A stretch of 32,000 nucleotides of DNA from Bellilinea caldifistulae. GTDB taxonomy: Bacteria > Chloroflexota > Anaerolineae > Anaerolineales > Anaerolineaceae. Within the stretch, counting starts at the first letter, position 1; each line of letters starts with the position of its first letter. The translations under genes and the position numbers were made by a program. Below are positions 9,223-18,047 of the stretch, in pieces. The stretch is taken from contig NZ_LGHJ01000009.1 in assembly GCF_001306055.1 (NCBI RefSeq), forward strand, positions 60,001 through 92,000. The letters run 5' to 3'. The notes under the pieces are model-generated. The model did no database searches and was not told the DNA's origin. It worked only from the letters and a program-made list of their open reading frames with translations.

Positions 9223-10365
9223 TTACATCCTTTCTGAAACAGAGGTAGATTGAAGTGGCAGTGAATTTTCTTCAAAGTAATTCCGCAACTCTTTTAGCAC
9301 ACCCAGCACATCCTCATGCGTGCCAATTGTTATGCGGAAATATTGATCACCGGGCAAGCCGCGTGCGTTGACAAAACTGCGGGTGATATAACCCTTGCCG
9401 AGCAGGTACTCATAAATTTGACTGGCTTTCAAGCCGTTTTCGACCCGAATCATCACAAAATTGGCCTGTGAGGGAATTGGATAGAAGCCGGGGAATTTTG
9501 TAAGCTCGTTATAAAGAAATTCACGATCTTCTTTGACGCGCCGCACATTTTCGCGAATGTAGTCGGCATCATCAATAGCTGCCATTGCCGCCACTTTGGT
9601 TACCAACCCAATGTTCAGCGGTGTGCGTACACGGTTGATTGCTTCAATCAATTCGGGCCGGGCAATAATCCAGCCAAGCCGAATCCCCGCAAGCCCCATC
9701 GCCTTGGAAAAAGTATGGCTGATGATCAGATTGGGATATTCATCCAGCAAATCTTCCACCGGACTGTCACCGAATTCGAAATAAGCTTCGTCAATTGCCA
9801 CCAAAATGCCTGTATCGCATAATCCACGCACCAGGTCTCGGCTGATTTGATGACCATCCGGGTTGTTGGGACGGGAGACCAGCGCCATTTTGGTCTTTGA
9901 GGTGATTTTCGATGTAAAGCTTTCCAGGGTATAGTTGAAGTCTGCATCCACCGGTAAAACGCTGACTACGGTTCCGCCATAGAGGGGTACCCGTCGAGTG
10001 TATGGGGAATAATCCGGTGTAGAAATGAGGATCTCATCACCTTCATCCAAAAATGCTTTGTACAAAAGGTCAATCACTTCCATAGAGCCATTGCCGCAGG
10101 TGATCCAATCCGCCCTGCCAGGCAGACCAACATATTCGGCCAGCTTGGCACGCAGTTCCACATCAGTATAGGGGTCTTCTGGGTAGTAATTGAGTCGGTC
10201 GGCAATCTGGCGCACTGCCTCAACCACCTTCGGCGACGGTGGGTAAACCAGTTCATTGCCCATCAGCCGGCGGTATTCAGGCTTTTGCCAACCCAGCCGA
10301 AAGTGATGCAGGTTGTAAATTTCTCCAACTTTAGCGGCTTTACTGAAAAATCTTGAGAGTTCCAT
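9223..10365 (-). CDS. Class-II PLP aminotransferase, histidinol-phosphate aminotransferase (HisC/CobD) family
   Basis: Motifs present are 'GNELVYPPSP', 'YPEDPY', 'CGNGSMEVIDL', 'RPNNPDG', 'DEAYFEF' and the PLP-lysine motif 'SHTFSKAMGLAGIRLGW'. I prefer the ATG at 10365 (MELSRFF..., AAGGA 9 nt upstream) over the track start at 10395. Confidence 0.8.
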   Translation of the reverse strand: MELSRFFSKAAKVGEIYNLHHFRLGWQKPEYRRLMGNELVYPPSPKVVEAVRQIADRLNYYPEDPYTDVELRAKLAEYVGLPGRADWITCGNGSMEVIDLLYKAFLDEGDEILISTPDYSPYTRRVPLYGGTVVSVLPVDADFNYTLESFTSKITSKTKMALVSRPNNPDGHQISRDLVRGLCDTGILVAIDEAYFEFGDSPVEDLLDEYPNLIISHTFSKAMGLAGIRLGWIIARPELIEAINRVRTPLNIGLVTKVAAMAAIDDADYIRENVRRVKEDREFLYNELTKFPGFYPIPSQANFVMIRVENGLKASQIYEYLLGKGYITRSFVNARGLPGDQYFRITIGTHEDVLGVLKELRNYFEENSLPLQSTSVSERM

Positions 10366-10411
10366 GTTGTTCGATCCTTTGCAAATGAAAATCAAAGTTA
10401 GAATGAAAAGA

Positions 10412-10870
10412 TTAGGCGCCAGCCTGCTTCAGGTGATTCAGAAGCAAACTCACCTCATTGTCCTGACGGAGTTGATGAATCTTCTCCGCATCCGAAATAA
10501 AATCTGCCAGTGCCGATAAAAAGGCGACATGATCATCCGGATCGGAGATCAATAGCAAGAACACCAGATGTGCCTGCACCTCGCCTCCCTGACCGCCCAT
10601 CGGTTCAAACGCCACCGGCTGTTGCAGGATCGCTACAATCATTCCTGGTACCAGTGTCCACTCGGCATCTGCATGGGGAATTGCAATTCCACTGCCGGGG
10701 GCATGGATACCTGTGGGATACTTTTCTTCGCGTTCCAGCAATACTTGAGTAAAACCTTCCTTAACCCAGCCATTCTGAAGGGCAGTATCCGCCAGTTTGG
10801 TGAGTAACTCGCGGCGGTCGAGAACTTGCTCAAAACGGATGATTTGCAGGGAATTCAAGACAGATAACAA
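10412..10870 (-). CDS. PTS EIIA component (PTS_EIIA_2; galactitol/mannitol/fructose type)
   Basis: 152 aa with the phospho-histidine motif 'GIAIPHAD'. It has a TTG start with a GAGGTG RBS 5 nt upstream. It is the first gene of the minus-strand operon. Confidence 0.8.
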   Translation of the reverse strand: MLSVLNSLQIIRFEQVLDRRELLTKLADTALQNGWVKEGFTQVLLEREEKYPTGIHAPGSGIAIPHADAEWTLVPGMIVAILQQPVAFEPMGGQGGEVQAHLVFLLLISDPDDHVAFLSALADFISDAEKIHQLRQDNEVSLLLNHLKQAGA

Positions 10871-11091
10871 TCGTTCACCTCAAGGTTTCAATTTTGTGAA
10901 AATACAGGAAAAGTGGGGTATCAGTTCCGAGAGCGTTCGGACTTTCTGGAATTGCTGTTTTTGATTATAGAAAAAAGCGGTTTGGTTTGTTTCATTGGTT
11001 TTTGCAAATACAACTTATGACAAAATTAGATCATTTCGACAAGTAAATCGGGTATATAAATCGCGAGCATGACACTTTATCTAGCGCAACA

Positions 11092-11128
11092 ACGTTTGAG
11101 GTAACAGGACAATAATTTCCTCAAACGT
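11092..11128. promoter_or_regulatory. Perfect 10-bp inverted repeat in the divergent PTS control region; candidate regulator binding site
   Basis: ACGTTTGAGG-(17 nt)-CCTCAAACGT, between the EIIA operon and the regulator gene. Neither side has a T-tract, so it is unlikely to be a terminator. Confidence 0.3.
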
Positions 11129-11222
11129 AAGGAGATTTACGGATTATAGTTTTGCGATCCTTTGAACTTTTCCCGAAGGCCTATCGGTAATATGAAAACA
11201 AAAAGCAAGTCATGGCCTTTGC

Positions 11223-11251
11223 TTGCCAGCGGGGGCGGTGTGGGCTATAAT
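11223..11251 (+). promoter_or_regulatory. Sigma-70-like promoter for the PTS regulator gene
   Basis: TTGCCA-17 nt-TATAAT, ~60 nt upstream of the ATG at 11311. Confidence 0.45.
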
Positions 11252-11310
11252 GCGCTGAAATTCGCAAAAAGCCAGTTAATACAAAATTGTTTTAATTATT
11301 CCAACCAGCC

Positions 11311-13395
11311 ATGCCCGGTCTAAAAATCAACATCAACCCCCGTCAGCGAACAATCATTTTTGCCCTATTAGAAAGCGATGGCCGATTGACGATTGAGCAA
11401 CTGGCCAAACGCTGCGGAGTCACCGGGCGGGTCATCCGCTACAATCTCGATACGGTGCGCGCCTGGCTACGCAATGAAGGCGTTCCCTTGCGTATCCGCC
11501 CGGGCTTTGGGATGGAGATTGAAGCCAGCCGGGTGCAGCGCAAACGCCTGCTTGCGCTCATTGACCAACCCGAAGAAGATCATCTGGTCTTTTCCAGGAC
11601 CCAACGCCATCACCTTTTACTATTTGAATTACTTTCTTCACAGCTGCCACTAACCTATAAACAACTGGCCGAAATCGGGGGAGTTTCCCGTTCAACCGTC
11701 ATCAATGACATTGAAGAAATGGAAAAGTGGCTGGCGCTGTTTTCTATCCGGCTCAAGCGGTTACCAAACCGGGGTGTATTTGTCCAATCTGGTGAGGCGA
11801 ATCGTCGCTTCGCCCTATTGAATCTGATTCGCGAAGAACTCGGCGATCGCAAATGGTACCTGCTTTGGAAACAACCGGGAGTCGGTTTTGCGGGTGACAA
11901 GTCCATCCCGCCAAGACTGGAAAAATTCCTTCGCGGCCTGCCGTTGAAGATTGCCCACATGGAGGTTGTCCGCATCGAAAACATGATTGGACGGACAATG
12001 TCGTTATATTCCAGGGTGGAAACGCTGGTTTACCTGGCAATCAGCATTGAATGTCTGCAAGGGGGCAAAGCCATCCCACCCGATCAAACTATTATTGTTG
12101 AGCACAATTTGTATTACGAGGTGGCTGTCGCAGTGTTTGGTGATTTGCGCACTCGTTACCATCTTCCCGTTACACCCGCCGAAACAGCCTTACTGGCGGC
12201 TACCCTGTGCGGTGCAAAGTGGGAATCCCCCTCGCTGGATTTGAGAGATCAGGCCAGCCGTGCCGAATTGGAAACGCTTTACCCCAGTGGAACGGCCTAT
12301 GCCAGCCAGATCACCTCAGTCTGTGCCCGTCAGCTTCATCCGCTACTTTTGCTGGATGAGGAATTATTTGCCGAACTCGCACGCCACCTTGAACCAGTGA
12401 TTTATCGCATTCGCTACCAGCTGCCCATCTTAAACGAAAACCTGCCGGAAATACGCCGCTTGTACCCGGAAATTTATCAGACTGCCCAGCAAAGCCTGCG
12501 GGAAATTGAAGAAGACCTCTATTTGACCTTTCCGCCTGAAGAAATTGCCTATATTGCCATGTACCTCCTCTCGGCGTTGAACCGTCTCAACATCAAAGAC
12601 CGCAGTAAAACCACCGTAGCCCTGGTAGGGGATGGCATCCGGGCAAAAGTATCTTTGCTGCGCGCCCGTCTTGAACGTGAATTTCCGGCTCTGAAAGTAA
12701 TTGGAATCGTCAACGGTTTCAGTAGTGAAAATGAGATACTCAACCAGGCCGATCTTATTCTTTCCACCGACCCGATTGAAATGCCCGACTATCCCATCCT
12801 AAATGTCAGCCCCTTCCTCCATCCGGCAGAAAAAAAGATGATTCAAAACTGGCTGGTGGAACGCGAGGGTCAGGCACAGCGGTATGTGCTTAGCGATGCC
12901 GAAAAACCGGAATTAATTGACTTACTGCGTCCAGATCACATATTGATTTGCGAGGAAAAACTTGACTGGCATACGGCCGTTCAAAAGGCCAGCCAGCCGT
13001 TGCTGGCAAACGGCTATATCCTGCCAGATTATGTGCAGGCAATGACGTCGATCATCAAGCAGCATGGCGCTTATATGTGGCTCGCCCCGGAAGTCCTGAT
13101 CCTGCATGCCCGGCCAGTGGATGGTGTTCTGCGGCTGTGCCTGAGTATTCTTATCCTAAGACAGCCAGTCGCTTTTGGACAGGGAACCGAACAACAGGCG
13201 CGAATTTGTCTGGTGCTGGGGGCAGTGGATGATCATGCCCACCTCAAAGCTCTGCTGGCGCTCAATCAACTGCTTCACCAGCAAAACTTCCGCGAAAAAC
13301 TGGGGCAGGCAAAATCGTCTGCCGAGGTCATTCGAATTTTCTGGTCCTCTCTGATGAATCTCAACCAGGAGGAAAACCCTGCCAGTCCCAATTAA
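11311..13395 (+). CDS. PRD-containing PTS-controlled transcriptional regulator (MtlR/LicR/ManR class: HTH, two PRDs, EIIB(Gat)-like and EIIA(Mtl)-like domains)
   Basis: 694 aa. The N-terminal wHTH reads 'QRTIIFALLESDGRLTIEQLAKRCGVTGRVIRYNL', and a second HTH reads 'LTYKQLAEIGGVSRSTVINDIEEMEKWL'. The central region is PRD-like ('ELARHLEPVIYRIRY'). The C-terminal EIIA_2-like region contains 'LILHARP'. Confidence 0.8.
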   Translation: MPGLKININPRQRTIIFALLESDGRLTIEQLAKRCGVTGRVIRYNLDTVRAWLRNEGVPLRIRPGFGMEIEASRVQRKRLLALIDQPEEDHLVFSRTQRHHLLLFELLSSQLPLTYKQLAEIGGVSRSTVINDIEEMEKWLALFSIRLKRLPNRGVFVQSGEANRRFALLNLIREELGDRKWYLLWKQPGVGFAGDKSIPPRLEKFLRGLPLKIAHMEVVRIENMIGRTMSLYSRVETLVYLAISIECLQGGKAIPPDQTIIVEHNLYYEVAVAVFGDLRTRYHLPVTPAETALLAATLCGAKWESPSLDLRDQASRAELETLYPSGTAYASQITSVCARQLHPLLLLDEELFAELARHLEPVIYRIRYQLPILNENLPEIRRLYPEIYQTAQQSLREIEEDLYLTFPPEEIAYIAMYLLSALNRLNIKDRSKTTVALVGDGIRAKVSLLRARLEREFPALKVIGIVNGFSSENEILNQADLILSTDPIEMPDYPILNVSPFLHPAEKKMIQNWLVEREGQAQRYVLSDAEKPELIDLLRPDHILICEEKLDWHTAVQKASQPLLANGYILPDYVQAMTSIIKQHGAYMWLAPEVLILHARPVDGVLRLCLSILILRQPVAFGQGTEQQARICLVLGAVDDHAHLKALLALNQLLHQQNFREKLGQAKSSAEVIRIFWSSLMNLNQEENPASPN

Positions 13396-13533
13396 TTTAA
13401 ATTTGTCACAACCATTGTTGAACAAAACCCAACAAACGATTGAACTCGCAACTATCTATAATCAATGCAGGGTAGTTCTGTAACGTTCGGTTTTTCACAA
13501 AGTCAATCATAATTCAACGGGAAGGAAAGAAAC

Positions 13534-13830
13534 ATGGAAATGGTGGAACAACAGGTGTTTGAACAAATCATAGAGGTTGAACACGAACACGGTTTGCATG
13601 CTCGTCCTGCGGACTTGTTTGTGAGGTGTTCCAATCAATTTTCCGCTTCAATTTATCTGTACAACCTGACCCGCAACAGTGATAAGAAAGCCAACGCCAA
13701 GGGAATTTTGGGGGTACTTTCTCTGGGAGTGCGTAAAGGGGATTTGATCAAGATTGTTGCTGAGGGGGAAGATGGCGCACAGGCCATCGAGGCTCTAACC
13801 GACTTGATCCGATCAAATTTTCAGGAATAA
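13534..13830 (+). CDS. ptsH: Phosphocarrier protein HPr
   Basis: 98 aa with the His-15 motif 'HGLHARPA' and the 'GVLSLGV' block. An AAGGAAAG RBS precedes the ATG. Confidence 0.9.
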   Translation: MEMVEQQVFEQIIEVEHEHGLHARPADLFVRCSNQFSASIYLYNLTRNSDKKANAKGILGVLSLGVRKGDLIKIVAEGEDGAQAIEALTDLIRSNFQE

Positions 13831-13840
13831 GGCGGCAGCC

Positions 13841-15574
13841 ATGGAGAGTTTACCGGTTATTTCGGTTTCACGCGGCATCAGCATTGCACCCATCTTCCAA
13901 TTTCGCAACACGCCGCTGGTCTACGAACGCCGCCTGATTGAAAATCCCTTGGTAGAGTGGGAACGCTATCGTCAGGCCGTGCAGGAAAGCTTGAATCGCC
14001 TGGAACAGATTTACCACCAGGCGGTTGCTGAGGTCGGGACGGATGAAGCGGGCATTTTTCACGCCCACATTTCCATTTTGCAAGACCCAGACCTGAATGA
14101 CAGCGTAAAAGACCGTATCTACGGCGAAAAGATCAATGCCGAAAGTGCGCTATATGAGGTCAGTGAAGAGTATTGCCGCATGTTGGAAGAGATCAACGAT
14201 GAGTACATCCGCGCCCGTACCACCGACCTGCGCGATGTGCGTGATGGCGTGTTGCGCATTTTACTGCATGTAGATGGTCATCATATTAAACTCACTTCAC
14301 CGGCGATTGTAGTTGCTCGTGAACTGACCCCCTCAGAGTGTCTTTTGTTGGACCGCCGGTTGGTACGTGGCTTTTGCACCATTGAAGGTGGCACCACTTC
14401 TCATACAGCCATTCTCTCGCGCAGTTTGGGCATCCCCGCTGTGGTTGGCATTCCCGAACGCCTTCTAAGCGTCCCAGATGGGATGCTGGCGATCTTGGAT
14501 GGTTATGAAGGCAAAATTATCCTGAAACCCGATCAAGAGACGATCCAGCATTATCAAGGAATGCAGTCTCGCAGGCAGCAAATTTTCGAGACCGCTTTGC
14601 GCGAAACCCACCGCCCGGCTCTGACGCTGGATGGGCACGTGGTTGAAGTATTTGCAAATATTGCCAACGATAATCCCCAAGACCTGAAAGAAGCCGTTCA
14701 AAACGGAGCCGAAGGGGTTGGTTTGCTGCGGACAGAATTCATCTATCTGGACTGCGAAACCCTACCAGACGAAGAAGTTCAATTTTATAAATATAAATCC
14801 GTGCTGGAGGCTTTTGGCAACCGGCCGGTTATCCTGCGTACGCTGGATATTGGCGGCGACAAGCAGCTACCCTACCTTGACCTGCCATATGAACTGAATC
14901 CATTTCTAGGTGTGCGCGGACTGCGATTGTGTCTGCGGAATTTAGCGCTCTTCAAAGCTCAGATTCGAGCCGCATTACGCGCCGCCTCTTACGGGAATCT
15001 GTATCTGATGTTCCCAATGGTCACCAAAGGCGCCGAGATTCAGGCTGCCAAAGCCGTGATTGCCGAATGCCGGGCTGAGCTGGAAGCCGAAGGGTGTAGT
15101 ATTCCTCCCCGTATTCCGATTGGCATAATGATTGAGATTCCCGCCGCTGCCCTGATGGCTCGTCATCTGGCGCGTGAAGTGGACTTCTTCTCGATCGGTA
15201 CCAACGATTTGACCCAGTATACCCTTGCAGTTGACCGCACCAATTCTGCTCTCACCGATCTGGCAAGCGGCTTTGACCCGGCTGTGCTGAACTTGATTCA
15301 GGCGGTGATTAATGGAGCGCATACTCAGGGCAAAAAAACTGGCATCTGTGGCGAATTGGGCGGTGACCCGTTAGCCATTCCACTGCTTGTGGGTATGGGA
15401 ATGGACGAGTTGAGCATGAACGCAGGTGAAATTCCGGCCGCCAAACAAATCATCCGCCAGATTTCGCTGAAGGATGCCCGCCTTGTTAGCCAGCAGGCAC
15501 TGGAACTGGAAACTCCCGAAGAAGTGATCGCCTTGGTTAAATCAGCCTTTCCGTTTATTGAAAACTACATCTGA
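13841..15574 (+). CDS. ptsI: PTS Enzyme I (phosphoenolpyruvate-protein phosphotransferase)
   Basis: 577 aa. The active-site His loop is 'GGTTSHTAILSRSLGIPAVVG', and the PEP-binding TIM-barrel motifs are 'GLLRTEF' and 'FFSIGTNDLTQY'. The start lies 10 nt after ptsH. Confidence 0.92.
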   Translation: MESLPVISVSRGISIAPIFQFRNTPLVYERRLIENPLVEWERYRQAVQESLNRLEQIYHQAVAEVGTDEAGIFHAHISILQDPDLNDSVKDRIYGEKINAESALYEVSEEYCRMLEEINDEYIRARTTDLRDVRDGVLRILLHVDGHHIKLTSPAIVVARELTPSECLLLDRRLVRGFCTIEGGTTSHTAILSRSLGIPAVVGIPERLLSVPDGMLAILDGYEGKIILKPDQETIQHYQGMQSRRQQIFETALRETHRPALTLDGHVVEVFANIANDNPQDLKEAVQNGAEGVGLLRTEFIYLDCETLPDEEVQFYKYKSVLEAFGNRPVILRTLDIGGDKQLPYLDLPYELNPFLGVRGLRLCLRNLALFKAQIRAALRAASYGNLYLMFPMVTKGAEIQAAKAVIAECRAELEAEGCSIPPRIPIGIMIEIPAAALMARHLAREVDFFSIGTNDLTQYTLAVDRTNSALTDLASGFDPAVLNLIQAVINGAHTQGKKTGICGELGGDPLAIPLLVGMGMDELSMNAGEIPAAKQIIRQISLKDARLVSQQALELETPEEVIALVKSAFPFIENYI

Positions 15575-15599
15575 CACACCCATTGCAAACAGCAAAACC

Positions 15600-16361
15600 A
15601 TGCGTGCTTTTGAACGCCCCGAACAGGAACGCAAAAAACTCATCTCTCGCGACAAAGAAGCCAGTTTGCCTTTCCGGCTGGTGCGCTTTTCTTTTGTACT
15701 GGGTGTAGTAGGAGTAATAGGTTTCTTTCTGGCTTTCTTCTACCAGACGGTGCTTAATCGGATAGGGCTGCCCTACCGGCAGGCTCAGGCCACCGCTATA
15801 CTGGTTGTGTTTATCGCATGGGTAATTTTTACGCTGGCTTGCCGCCACCTGGGTATCAGTACACGCGGATTGACCTACCCCAAACTAATGTCTATTCTGC
15901 GCAATGAAGTTGAAACTCCGCCGGACGAGTTCAAGGCCAGCCGCAAGCAGATAGCAGCGGCTTTCGGAAGTTTGAGCGATGACTGGTGGCTTTTTCCGGA
16001 CATTTTTGCGGATGATCCCACGCAGGTACTGCCGATGGTCCTGCTCGGGCCTGGCGGGGTGTTTGCCCTGCGGGTTAATTATCAAGACCCCCGCTCCAAG
16101 GATTTTCGCGATCCGGCCGTTCCGCTCTTAACGGGCAGTCAGATGCTGGAAAAGCGGCTTGGAGTGCCAGTTAAACCCATTTTGGCATTCAGCCGCCATA
16201 CCAAACACTACCAACCTGTTCACGAAGAGGTTAAGGTTTTTACGTTTCCAGATGCGTTGACTTATGTTACCTCTCGCGAAGCTTGGCTGGACGCTCACCG
16301 ATGCAGACAGATTGGGCAGCAATTGGCCGAACTGGCCAACTTGCCTCGTGGAGCCTTGTAA
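15600..16361 (+). CDS. Two-TM membrane protein with a NERD-like C-terminal domain (function unknown)
   Basis: The preferred start is the ATG at 15600 (MRAFERPEQ...); the track start at 15558 is a TTG inside ptsI. Two hydrophobic helices are visible ('FSFVLGVVGVIGFFLAFFY' and 'ILVVFIAWVIFTLAC'). The C-terminal 'DDWWLFPDI...VLPMVLLGPGGVFALRV' recalls the NERD fold, but I cannot see the nuclease-type acidic/Lys residues. Confidence 0.6.
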   Translation: MRAFERPEQERKKLISRDKEASLPFRLVRFSFVLGVVGVIGFFLAFFYQTVLNRIGLPYRQAQATAILVVFIAWVIFTLACRHLGISTRGLTYPKLMSILRNEVETPPDEFKASRKQIAAAFGSLSDDWWLFPDIFADDPTQVLPMVLLGPGGVFALRVNYQDPRSKDFRDPAVPLLTGSQMLEKRLGVPVKPILAFSRHTKHYQPVHEEVKVFTFPDALTYVTSREAWLDAHRCRQIGQQLAELANLPRGAL

Positions 16362-17150
16362 GACAAAGGCAAGAACTAAAAAGATACAAATATTAAGGCT
16401 ATGGCAATCAATCAGCCATATTCATTGAACTTACCCAGTTTGGCAGACCAACCGGAGATTGCCGGTAGAGAGTGAGCAGCGGAATGATAGTACTTAGCGG
16501 AGATGTTTAGATTGTCAGAAAAATATCGTGAGTTCTCTACTGATGGCAAACCTCAAACGGAGAGCAGGGGAATGTAAAACAAGAAGGGAGAATTGAAGAT
16601 AGCGGAATCTCCTTGAACCACCTGCTTATCCGTTCAAGGTTCGCTTCCATCCTAATTGCTCATTTACAAGTGCTTCTTTGTTTGACTTGCATGCCAAGCG
16701 CGACAGAAATCACTGCTGCGAATGGCCTGGAAAGGTGAGCACTCTATCCAGCTCCATTCGCTGGAAAGATACTTCAAGGTGAATTTCTGCTACCTATCTT
16801 ATGTCATCTGAAGTGGCTGGGAGTGAACTTCAAGTGCTATAACCAAACTTCGACCAGTGGTTCCGGTCTTTGAGAGGTAAGTACGAACCACACGGGCTAA
16901 ACAGGTTTTCGAATCAAATCTGATCTGCGCTATCAGTTCCGCTTGGCTGTCCATTTGAAGTTGCCAGTTTCCACATCAAATCAGCCCAGGTTCAATAGCG
17001 TACTGATGCTCCCCCACTTGTTTGAGGGTCTTCACGGCTAAGCCTTCTTTCAGCCAGGAGTAATCTTTCGCTCAATGGGAAAAAATACTCGCTGTAGGTA
17101 AGCCGAAAAATACCAACCTAACTCCTGCAGGCAGTTTTCGGTTGTGTTTG

Positions 17151-17270
17151 CGTATCGTACAACACAGTCTTACAATGGTCATTAAAGATGTAAAACACCC
17201 AAAAACAGATCCAAAACCCCCGTTTTTCGGGCTTAAAACCGCCCTGAACTGCGTCGCACAATTTTTTTAC
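17151..17270 (+). repeat. Direct repeat copy B, site-like leader; the integrase-5' part of the repeat continues at 18046-18424
   Basis: It aligns with 6711-6830 and shares the TCG[C/T]ACAA[T/C] motifs and 'CCAAAACCCCC[A/G]TTTTTCGGGCTTAAAACCGCCCT[A/G]AACTGCGTCGCACAAT'. The two halves of copy B are separated by the phd/vapC cassette. Confidence 0.85.
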
Positions 17271-17304
17271 GCGCCACAAAGGATGCTTTCTGATTGATAA
17301 GGGA

Positions 17305-17339
17305 TTGTTTTTTGGGAGGGGAGACGGTTATAATATAAC
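17305..17339 (+). promoter_or_regulatory. Promoter and operator of the phd/vapC operon
   Basis: TTGTTT-18 nt-TATAAT, with the -10 at 17329-17334. The -10 lies inside the perfect palindrome GTTATA-A-TATAAC (17327-17339), as expected for antitoxin autoregulation. Confidence 0.45.
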
Positions 17340-17370
17340 TGGTCAGACTAGTTATTTGTGGAGGTGCGCG

Positions 17371-17625
17371 ATGAATCTCTGGCAGTTGCAGGAAGCGAAA
17401 AGCCGCTTCAGTGAACTGGTTGAGCGAACTCTGCGCAACGGCGCGCAGATCGTCACCCGGCGAGGAAAGAAGGTTGTAGTGGTGCTGTCTTACGAGGAAT
17501 ACCGCCGCCTGACTAACCCCCAGCGCAACCTGGCGCAATTTCTGCTCCAATCGCCACTGGCAGGATCGGAACTCAAAATTGAGCGGGATCAAAGCCTGCC
17601 GCGTGAGGTGGATTTACAGCCATGA
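17371..17625 (+). CDS. Type II antitoxin, Phd/YefM family (VapB-role partner of VapC)
   Basis: 'MNLWQLQEAKSRFSELVERTLRNGAQIVTRRGKKVVVVLSYEEYRRL' is a typical Phd/YefM N-terminus. A GGAGG RBS lies 6 nt upstream of the ATG at 17371; the longer track ORF starting at 17305 is rejected. The stop overlaps the vapC start (ATGA). Confidence 0.85.
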   Translation: MNLWQLQEAKSRFSELVERTLRNGAQIVTRRGKKVVVVLSYEEYRRLTNPQRNLAQFLLQSPLAGSELKIERDQSLPREVDLQP

Positions 17626-18047
17626 CTTACCTGCTGGATACCTGCGTCATTTCGGAGTTCACCCGCCGCCAGCCGAACGAGCGAGTGGTGCGCTGGTTGT
17701 CCGAAGCCGATGAAGACACACTTTATCTGAGTGTCCTTTCGATTGGTGAGATTCAACATGGGATTGAGCGGTTGGAAAATTCACCACGCAAAGAAGATTT
17801 GCGTCACTGGCTGGAAAATGATTTGATCCTGCGTTTCGATAAACGCATATTGCCGTTGGACGTCCCTACCCTCTTGGTGTGGGGAGAACTGATTGGCAAG
17901 CTGGAGCGGGAAGGACGAAAACTGCCTGCTTTCGATGGGTTGATTGCCGCCACAGCGCTGGCTCACGACCTGGCGATTGTCACCCGAAACACGGTGGATT
18001 TTGAGCCTGCCGGTGTCCGAGTGTTCAATCCGTGGGAGGAAGGATAA
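17622..18047 (+). CDS. vapC: PIN-domain ribonuclease toxin VapC
   Basis: 141 aa. 'MTYLLDTCVISE' carries the first PIN Asp, and later acidic residues lie in '...EIQHGIE...' and 'TRNTVDFE'. There is a 4-nt overlap with the antitoxin gene. Confidence 0.88.
   Translation: MTYLLDTCVISEFTRRQPNERVVRWLSEADEDTLYLSVLSIGEIQHGIERLENSPRKEDLRHWLENDLILRFDKRILPLDVPTLLVWGELIGKLEREGRKLPAFDGLIAATALAHDLAIVTRNTVDFEPAGVRVFNPWEEG

Noticed and set aside
11393-13425. Alternate-frame and antisense ORFs inside the PTS regulator gene (e.g. 11393..11653, 11655..11984, 11753..12040, 13156..13425)
   Set aside because: They are embedded in a 694-aa ORF with coherent HTH/PRD/EII domain order, and they look like chance frames.
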